Shown piece after piece: positions 1 through 6,549 of a DNA stretch of 32,000 bases. The DNA comes from Caldimicrobium thiodismutans (GTDB taxonomy: Bacteria; Desulfobacterota; Thermodesulfobacteria; Thermodesulfobacteriales; Thermodesulfobacteriaceae). The notes under the pieces were generated by a model, which saw nothing but the letters and a program-made list of their open reading frames with translations, was not told the DNA's origin and searched no databases. The translations under genes and the position numbers were made by a program. Positions within the stretch are counted from its first letter, which is position 1, and each line of letters begins with the position of its first letter. The stretch spans positions 1,740,001 to 1,772,000 of the forward strand of contig NZ_AP014945.1 in assembly GCF_001548275.1 (NCBI RefSeq), read 5' to 3'.

Positions 1-1133
1 GTTGCACTGGAAATGAAGTTCTTATGCGTAAGGGGATACCTATTGCTGGATCTTTTATTCAGCAGGAAGTTGCTATTGCAACTGGAGCACTTGAAGCGGT
101 TGTTGTTGATGTGCAGTGTATCATGCAAAATGTAGTTGAAATAGCTAAACACTTTCATACAGCAGTGATTACCACAAGTCCCATTGCCATGATGGAGGGG
201 GCAACGCATATCCCCTTTGATGAAAAAAGGGCTTTAGAGGTTGCTAAGGAAATTTTAAGAACAGCTATTGCCAGATTTCCTCAGAGGGACCTTTCTAAGG
301 TAAATATTCCCGATCAGAGTGTGGATATTGTGGCTGGGTTTAGTCATGAGGCCATTATGTATATCCTTGGAGGAAGATTCAGGGCAAGTTATAAACCATT
401 AAATGAAAATATTATTAATGGAAAGATCCTTGGAATTGCAGCCATTGTGGGTTGCGATCAGTATAGAGTAAATGAGCCCATTCAGGTTGAGCTTGCTAAG
501 GAGCTTATTGCTAATAATGTGCTTGTTCTTGCCACAGGTTGTTCGGCAACCAACATGGCTATGGCAGGGCTTCTTTCTCCTGAAGCAGCAAAGCTTGCAG
601 GAGATGGTCTGAGAGAGGTTCTTGAAGCAGTAGGTTGTCCGCCTGTTCTTCACATGGGGGCTTGTGTGGATAATTCGCGAATTCTTATTGCAGCAACAGA
701 GATAGTTCATACAGGAGGTCTTGGAGATGATATATTTCAGATTCCAGCGGTAGGATGTGCCCCTCAGTGGATGAGTGAAAAGGCTATCGCTATTGGGATG
801 TATTTTGTTACCACGGGTGTTCAGGTTGTTTTTGGGCCTGATTTTCCAACCCTTGGAAGTAAAACTGTTACCGATTTTCTCTTCTATGAAATTGAAAATT
901 ATTTTAATGGATGCTGGAGGGTTGCAAGGACTGCCAATGAGTTTGCTAATATTATGATAGATAGAATTAATGGTGGAAGAAGGGCTCTTGGAATTGATAA
1001 GCCCAAGCCAAGAGTCCTCTTTGATATGGCTATGAGAAGGGCTCTTGAAGGGCCAAGATATGTGCCTGTGTTCCATGGACTTGGTTGTTTTGGTTCCCAT
1101 GAAAAGCTAACCACTGAAGAAAAAACTGCATAG
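1..1133 (+). CDS. cooS: Ni-dependent carbon monoxide dehydrogenase catalytic subunit (CooS/AcsA), 5'-truncated by the window edge
   Basis: The frame is open from nt 3 (CTGNEVLMRKGIPIAG..., the conserved CTGNE-LMR-G-P-AG region of CooS). ORF-track 24..1133 is only the Met-initiated tail. It lies directly upstream of the hdr/met/acs genes. Confidence 0.9.
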   Translation, partial: CTGNEVLMRKGIPIAGSFIQQEVAIATGALEAVVVDVQCIMQNVVEIAKHFHTAVITTSPIAMMEGATHIPFDEKRALEVAKEILRTAIARFPQRDLSKVNIPDQSVDIVAGFSHEAIMYILGGRFRASYKPLNENIINGKILGIAAIVGCDQYRVNEPIQVELAKELIANNVLVLATGCSATNMAMAGLLSPEAAKLAGDGLREVLEAVGCPPVLHMGACVDNSRILIAATEIVHTGGLGDDIFQIPAVGCAPQWMSEKAIAIGMYFVTTGVQVVFGPDFPTLGSKTVTDFLFYEIENYFNGCWRVARTANEFANIMIDRINGGRRALGIDKPKPRVLFDMAMRRALEGPRYVPVFHGLGCFGSHEKLTTEEKTA

Positions 1134-1148
1134 GGGGAAGTTTAAAAG

Positions 1149-4100
1149 ATGAAGAATCCCAAAGGACAGGTCTTAGTTGTTGGGGGCGGAATTGCTGGGA
1201 TTCAGAGCGCTTTAGATTTAGCAGATCTTGGATTTTATGTTTATTTAGTGGAAAAAAAGGCAAGTATTGGTGGGGTAATGGCTCAACTTGATAAGACCTT
1301 TCCCACCAATGACTGTAGTATCTGAATCCTTGCCCCTAAGATGGTGGAGGCCGGGCGGTCTCCCAATATTGAAATCCTGACTCTGACTGAGGTGCTTGAG
1401 GTAAAGGGTAAGGCTGGAGACTTTAAGGTAAAGCTTAAAGTCAATCCTCGCTATATTGACCCGGATAAGTGCACTGCCTGTGGGGAGTGTATGAAGTATT
1501 GCCCAAGGCTTGCTATTGATACTTATAACGAGAATTTGACCTTTACCAGAGCTGCACGCATTGATTTTCCTCAGGCGGTGCCAACTAAGTATTATCTTGA
1601 TCCTGAGGTCTGTTTACGGTTAAATCATGAGACCTGTCAGCTCTGTAGTAATGTCTGCGGGCCAAAGGCCATAAATTTTGATCAGAAGCCAGAGATTAAA
1701 GAGGTTCAGGTGGGAGCTATTCTTTTGGCACCGGGTTTTGGAAAGGTCCCGGTTTCTGCTCTGGAAAAATTTGGCTATGGGAAGTTTAGTGATGTCCTCC
1801 ATAGTCTGGAGGTAGAAAGGCTTACCTGTGTAGCTGGGCCTACAGAGGGAGAGGTTATTAGACTTTCAGATTTCAAACATCCCAAAAGGATTGCCTATAT
1901 TCAATGCGTTGGCTCAAGGGATCTTACCTGTGGCCAGCCTTATTGTTCAAGTGTTTGCTGTATGTATGCAGTAAAACAGGCCTCAGTCATTAAGGAACAT
2001 GAGCCTTCTGCCGAAATTACCCTTTTCTTTATGGATGTGAGAACACAGGGTAAGGGTTTTGATGAGAGTTTTAGATCCGCGGTGGACAAGTATGGTTTCA
2101 AGGTGGTTAGGGCTCGGCCTGGTAAGGTTGATAGAGTTGATGGAAGGCTTGCTCTTAATTATGTAGATGAAGCTGGAGAAGTAAAAAGGGAATACTTTGA
2201 TCTCATTGTGCTTTCTGTTGGTTTGGGAGCTCCGGAGGACGCTGAAAAGCTTTCTCAGATCTTTGGGATTGAATTAAATGAGTTTAGATTTGCAAAGACA
2301 AATTATCTAAATCCCCTTGAGACCTCAAGACCAGGGATTTATGTAATTGGAGCCTTTCAGGGACCAAAGGATATTCCTGAAAGCGTTATTCAGGCAGGAG
2401 GTGGGGCAGCTCTTGCCTCGGAGCTTCTTAAAGATGGTAGAGGGACTTCCACGGTAGTCAAAGAATATCCCCCTGAGGATATAGAGCTTCTTTCTGAAGA
2501 ACCAAGGATTGGGGTCTTTGTCTGCCATTGTGGAGTAAATATTGCAGGAGTTGTGGATGTAAAGGAAGTAAGGGATTATGCTAAAACCCTTCCCAATGTT
2601 GTGCTTTCAGAAAATGTAGTCTATGCCTGTGCTCAGGATTCTCTTGTTCAGCTTGTAGATAAGATAAAAAAATATCGTCTCAATCGTATTGTTATGTCAG
2701 CCTGTACCCCAAGAACTCATGAGCCCTTATTTCAGGATACCTTAAGGGAGGCAGGTCTTAATTTAGCTCTCATTGAGATGGCTAATATTAGAGATCAGTG
2801 CGCCTGGGTGCATCCTGATAATCCTGAAAAGGCAACAGAAAAGGCTAAAGACCTTGTAAGGATGGCTGTGGCTAAGGCAAGGAGACTTAAACCCCTTGAG
2901 CTTCAGAGAGTAAAGGTAACTCCTTCAGCTTTAATAATAGGGGGCGGAGCTGCAGGAATGACCTCAGCCCTCTCCTTAGCTGAGCAAGGCTTTGAGGTCT
3001 TTTTGGTTGAGAAGGAGCCTGAGCTTGGTGGAACTTTAAGAAGGGTTAAGACCTTGATTGCTGGAGATGATCCTCAGGCCTTTTTAAAGGAGTTAATTGA
3101 AAAGGTTAAAGCCCATCCTAAGATTAAGGTCTTTACATCTGCAACCGTTGAAAACATCTCTGGTTATATTGGAAATTATACTACCACTATAAGGACAATG
3201 GAGGCTTCAGAAATTCTTAATCACGGAGTGGTAGTAGTAGCCACAGGAGGAAAAGAATACAGGCCATCAAGTTATCCCTTAGATGGTGAAAGGGTTATTA
3301 CGCAACTTGAACTTGAGGAGAGACTTACTAAGAAAAAGAGCAAAGGTTTTCCCAAGAGAGTGATTATGATTCAGTGTGCAGGCTCAAGGGGTGAGGAGCT
3401 TAAACATTGTAGTAAGGTCTGTTGTATTCAGGCTCTCAAGAATGCCTTAAAGATAAAAGAGCTTAGCCCAGAAACAGAGGTCTATATCCTTTATATGGAT
3501 ATGCGGGCCTATGGTTTTTATGAAAAATATTATCTATCTGCCAGAAAGAAGGGGGTTAAATTTATAAGATTTTCAGCAGATAAGCGCCCAAGAGTTGAGG
3601 TAAAGAACAAAAAAGCTGTTGTAAAGGTATGGGATACATTGTTGGCTGAAGAGCTTGAGCTTAAGGCAGATCTCTGTGTCCTTTCTGTGGGAATTACTGC
3701 AACAGAGGACAATAATATTGCCAGTATTCTCAAGTTGCCTGTAAATGATGAGGGTTTTCTGATGGAGGCCCATGTAAAATTAAGGCCTGTTGAAACTGCA
3801 ACAGATGGGGTCTATTTGGTAGGGCTTGCCCATAGTCCTCAGCTCTTGAGTGAGGTAATAGCGCAGGCTAAAGCCGGGGCAGGTAAGGCAGGTATTCCCC
3901 TTGCGAAGGGTTTTGTTGATGTGCCTCCTATTGTGGCAGAGGTTAATGAGGCTAAGTGTATTGGATGTGCCATCTGTGCTGAGGTATGTCCTTTCTCAGC
4001 TATTGAGATGGCTAAGGTTGAGAAGCGGAGAAAAGCAAGGGTCATTAAGGCAGCCTGTAAAGGCTGTGGGGTATGCGCCTCTCATTGTCCAGTTTTTGCC

Positions 4101-4211
4101 ATTGATGTTGGAGGATTTACTGGAGAGGCCATTCTTGAGCAATTGAGAGGATTTAAGAGAGAGGAAGAAAGAGTAGAAGAGGAAAAAGAAGCTAAGGCTG
4201 GAGGGGCTTAG
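1149..4211 (+). CDS. hdrA: HdrA-like flavoprotein/FeS oxidoreductase, selenocysteine-containing (UGA at 1323-1325, residue 59), 1020 aa
   Basis: ATG at 1149 lies 15 nt after the cooS stop with a GGGGAAG SD-like stretch. Translation of 1149-1340 gives [66 protein letters not shown], in frame with ORF 1341..4211. This is the HdrA TNDCSMC(I/L) motif with Sec at the second Cys. Later HdrA motifs are also present ([39 protein letters not shown]-terminal 2x CxxCxxCxxxCP). Confidence 0.85.
1346..1363 (+). promoter_or_regulatory. Candidate bacterial SECIS hairpin for the hdrA UGA
   Basis: ggaggcc-gggc-ggtctcc forms a 7-bp stem (one G.U) with a G-rich 4-nt loop. The stem starts 20 nt after the UGA. 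Confidence 0.35.
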
Positions 4212-4213
4212 AA

Positions 4214-4924
4214 ATGGATTTTGAACCCAGAATACTAAGCTTTATGTGTCACTGGTGATGTTACGCGGCAGCTGATGCGGCCGGGGTGGCTCGCCAGAAT
4301 TATCCCCCTTATCACAGGGTGATAAGGGTTATGTGTAGTGGCAGAGTAGATCCTCTTTTTGTCCTTGAAGCCTTTAAAAATGGGGCGGATGCTGTCATGG
4401 TTGGTGGCTGTAAACTTGGAGAGTGTAAGTATATGGATGGAAATTTTCAGGCCCTGATTATGGCAGAGATGGTCAAAAACCTTCTTAGATTAATAGGCAT
4501 AAAGGAGGAGAGATTCACCCTTGAATGGGTCTCATCTGCTGAACCTGCTAAACTTGTTGAGGATATGAAAAAATTTATGCTCAAGGTCAAAGAGCTTGGT
4601 CCTCTTGGCTCTGCTGAGGGGCTTAGTGAGGGGGATTTGAATTTTTATCTTGATTCAGCAATCGCTGTTTGCAAGAACATGCAAGTTCGCACAACTTATG
4701 GTAATATAGCCAAGGAATTGAAAAAATTACAAGATTTTTCTGAAGAGACCATTAAACAGAGGGTAGAAGAAAAACTTCTGCCTCAACTAAGGGGAAGACT
4801 TTATGAAATTGAGGTTAAGACCCTTATTCAGGACGGACCAAAGAGCCTTGATTATTTAGTTAGTAAGACTAAGGCCTCAGTTGATGAGCTAAACCCCATT
4901 TTATCTAAGCTTATGAAGACCTAA
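4214..4924 (+). CDS. mvhD: MvhD-like (methyl-viologen-reducing hydrogenase delta subunit family) protein, selenocysteine-containing (UGA 4256-4258, residue 15), with a C-terminal extension of about 90 aa
   Basis: ATG at 4214 lies 2 nt after the hdrA stop. Translation gives MDFEPRILSFMCHW-UGA-CYAAADAAGVARQNYPP, in frame with ORF 4286..4924. This matches the MvhD N-terminal F-C-C-N-W-C-(S/Y)-Y-A-G-A-D motif with Sec in place of the third Cys. RVMCSGRVDP and GADAVMVGGCKLGECKY motifs follow. Confidence 0.8.
4277..4294 (+). promoter_or_regulatory. Candidate SECIS hairpin for the mvhD UGA
   Basis: gcggcc-ggggt-ggctcgc forms a 6-bp stem with one bulged U and a G-rich loop, starting 18 nt after the UGA. 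Confidence 0.3.
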
Positions 4925-4935
4925 GGAGGAAAAAG

Positions 4936-5478
4936 TTGATTACCCTGAGTGTTAATGAAGGCGAGGTTAAAGGTTTTGTAGAGAGGGTAGTTACAAGTTA
5001 TGACCAGTGTTTTCGATGCGGAGCCTGTTCTGGAATTTGCCCGGTTAAAAAGACTACCAAGATCTTTGATCCCAGAAAGATTGTGCATCTTCTTCTCCTT
5101 GGATTTATGGATAAGGTCTTGAATGAGATTCTCTGGTATTGTTCTCAGTGTGGGTCCTGTGTTCCAGTGTGTCCCATGGATGTGAAGCCAAGAGATGTGA
5201 TAGGGGCTTTAAGAAATTATGCCCTTGAAAAGGGCCTTCTTGATGAGGAAAAGCTCTTTGAGCTTGGTGTTTTTGCCCGGGTTAATACGCAAAAGTGTAT
5301 AGTTTGTCTCACCTGCGTGAGAACTTGTCCCTTTTCAGCAGCTTCTATTGGAAACTTAGGTTTTGCTTATATAGAGCCCTCTAAGTGCAGGGCTTGTGGA
5401 ATCTGTGTTAAGGAGTGTCCAGCAAGAGCCATTGAGCTTAAACCTAAACCTGAATTTTTGGAGGTAAAGGCTGAATGA
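4936..5478 (+). CDS. Iron-sulfur protein with four CxxCxxCxxxCP-type cluster motifs (HdrC-like N-half plus 2x[4Fe-4S] ferredoxin C-half)
   Basis: Motifs seen: CFRCGACSGICP, CSQCGSCVPVCP, CIVCLTCVRTCP, CRACGICVKECP. TTG start is preceded by AAGGAGGA. The stop overlaps the next start (ATGA). Confidence 0.7.
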   Translation: MITLSVNEGEVKGFVERVVTSYDQCFRCGACSGICPVKKTTKIFDPRKIVHLLLLGFMDKVLNEILWYCSQCGSCVPVCPMDVKPRDVIGALRNYALEKGLLDEEKLFELGVFARVNTQKCIVCLTCVRTCPFSAASIGNLGFAYIEPSKCRACGICVKECPARAIELKPKPEFLEVKAE

Positions 5479-5870
5479 AGAATTCTTTTCAAATAACTAT
5501 TCTTTGTTGTAATTATACTAATTTAGCAGAAAGAGAGGACCTTGCCTCTCTCTTGGGAAAGATTGAGATAAAGAGATATCCCTGCTCCGGACATATTGAA
5601 ATTACAGATATATTAAGGGCCTTCAAAGAGGGAGCCAAAGCGGTGATGGTTGCTGGATGTAGTAAAGGAACCTGTCATAATCAAAAAGGAAGTGAGAGGG
5701 CTGAAAAGAGGGTTCTTGGAGCGAAAAAAATTCTTGAAGAGATTGGTATTGAACCTGAGAGAGTGGAGATGTTTTATGTTTCAAGACTTGATAGTGGAGA
5801 CTTTGTGGAAAAGGCCAAGGCCTTTTATCAGAGGGTCTTGAGTTTAGAGCTTAAGGAGAGGGCTCAATGA
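5475..5870 (+). CDS. Second MvhD-family protein (all-Cys paralog)
   Basis: Motifs ILCCNYTNLAE, YPCSGHIE and GAKAVMVAGCSKGTCHN parallel the upstream MvhD-like protein. ATGA overlaps occur at both ends, indicating translational coupling. Confidence 0.75.
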   Translation: MKNSFQITILCCNYTNLAEREDLASLLGKIEIKRYPCSGHIEITDILRAFKEGAKAVMVAGCSKGTCHNQKGSERAEKRVLGAKKILEEIGIEPERVEMFYVSRLDSGDFVEKAKAFYQRVLSLELKERAQ

Positions 5871-6547
5871 TTATAGCAGAGAGAAGGCCAATACCTGAGA
5901 TTTTGCAAAATATTGAAGGTTATGAGAAGGTGCTTGTGCTTGGATGCAGGGGGTGTGTGGCGGTTTGTTCAGCTGGGGGAGATAGAGAGGTAGCCATACT
6001 TGCTGAGGCCCTAAGGCTTGCCAGAACCCTTTCTGGAAAGCCTCTTGAGGTTCTTGAGGCAACCTTTATAAGGCAATGCGATCCAGAGTATCTTGAGCCT
6101 TTGAAAAAATACAAAGGTGAGGTTGAGGCAGTGGTCAGCCTTGCCTGTGGAGTGGGGGTGAATTTGATTGCAGATCTCTATCCTGAGATGAGGGTTTATC
6201 CCGGAGTTGATACCTCCTTTTATGGGGCTAATCTTTCTCTCGGAGAGTGGGTAGAAAAGTGTAGAGGTTGTGGAGATTGTATTATAGATAAGACAGCCGG
6301 GCTCTGTCCCATTGCCAGATGCGCTAAAAATCTTTTAAATGGTCCATGTGGAGGTTCACAGGGGGGAAGGTGCGAGGTAAGAAAGGAGATGCCCTGTATC
6401 TGGCATGAAATTGTGGAGAGAATGAAAAGGCGCGGAGAACTTGAAAAACTTATGGAAATCTGGGAACCTAAGGACTGGAGACCTGCAGGAGGAGATGGTT
6501 TGAGAGTAAGGATTAGAGATGACCTAAGACTTAATGGAGGGAATTAG
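5867..6547 (+). CDS. metV: MetV (methylenetetrahydrofolate reductase C-terminal-domain-like Cys-rich small subunit)
   Basis: Contains LVLGCRGCVAVCSAGG, CRGCGDCIIDKTAGLCPIARCAKNLLNGPCGG. It lies immediately upstream of metF, as in acetogen metVF pairs. Confidence 0.8.
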   Translation: MIIAERRPIPEILQNIEGYEKVLVLGCRGCVAVCSAGGDREVAILAEALRLARTLSGKPLEVLEATFIRQCDPEYLEPLKKYKGEVEAVVSLACGVGVNLIADLYPEMRVYPGVDTSFYGANLSLGEWVEKCRGCGDCIIDKTAGLCPIARCAKNLLNGPCGGSQGGRCEVRKEMPCIWHEIVERMKRRGELEKLMEIWEPKDWRPAGGDGLRVRIRDDLRLNGGN

Positions 6548-6549
6548 CC

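Noticed and set aside
399-1263. Antisense or overlapping ORFs within cooS and the hdrA start (399..1100 -, 775..957 +, 899..1114 -, 1030..1263 -).
   Set aside because: They are fully embedded in strongly supported cooS and hdrA coding sequence. Their composition is typical of off-frame translation. The same reasoning applies to the other short overlapping ORFs in the track (e.g. 1620..1802, 2325..2528, 3530..4146, 5650..6114, 9235..10769, 11366..11584, 12373..12555, 13579..13797, 14287..15574, 18342..19024, 23045..23248, 27379..27839, 29457..29748, 31345..31578).
1323-1325. The TGA codons at 1323, 4256 and 16411 read as genuine stops, giving pseudogenes, split genes or N-terminally truncated HdrA, MvhD and FdhA.
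   Set aside because: Each UGA falls exactly on a conserved Cys/Sec column of a known selenoprotein family. The flanking sequence on both sides is in frame and homologous-looking. Each UGA is followed by a hairpin. Three coincident truncations in one operon are far less likely than Sec recoding.
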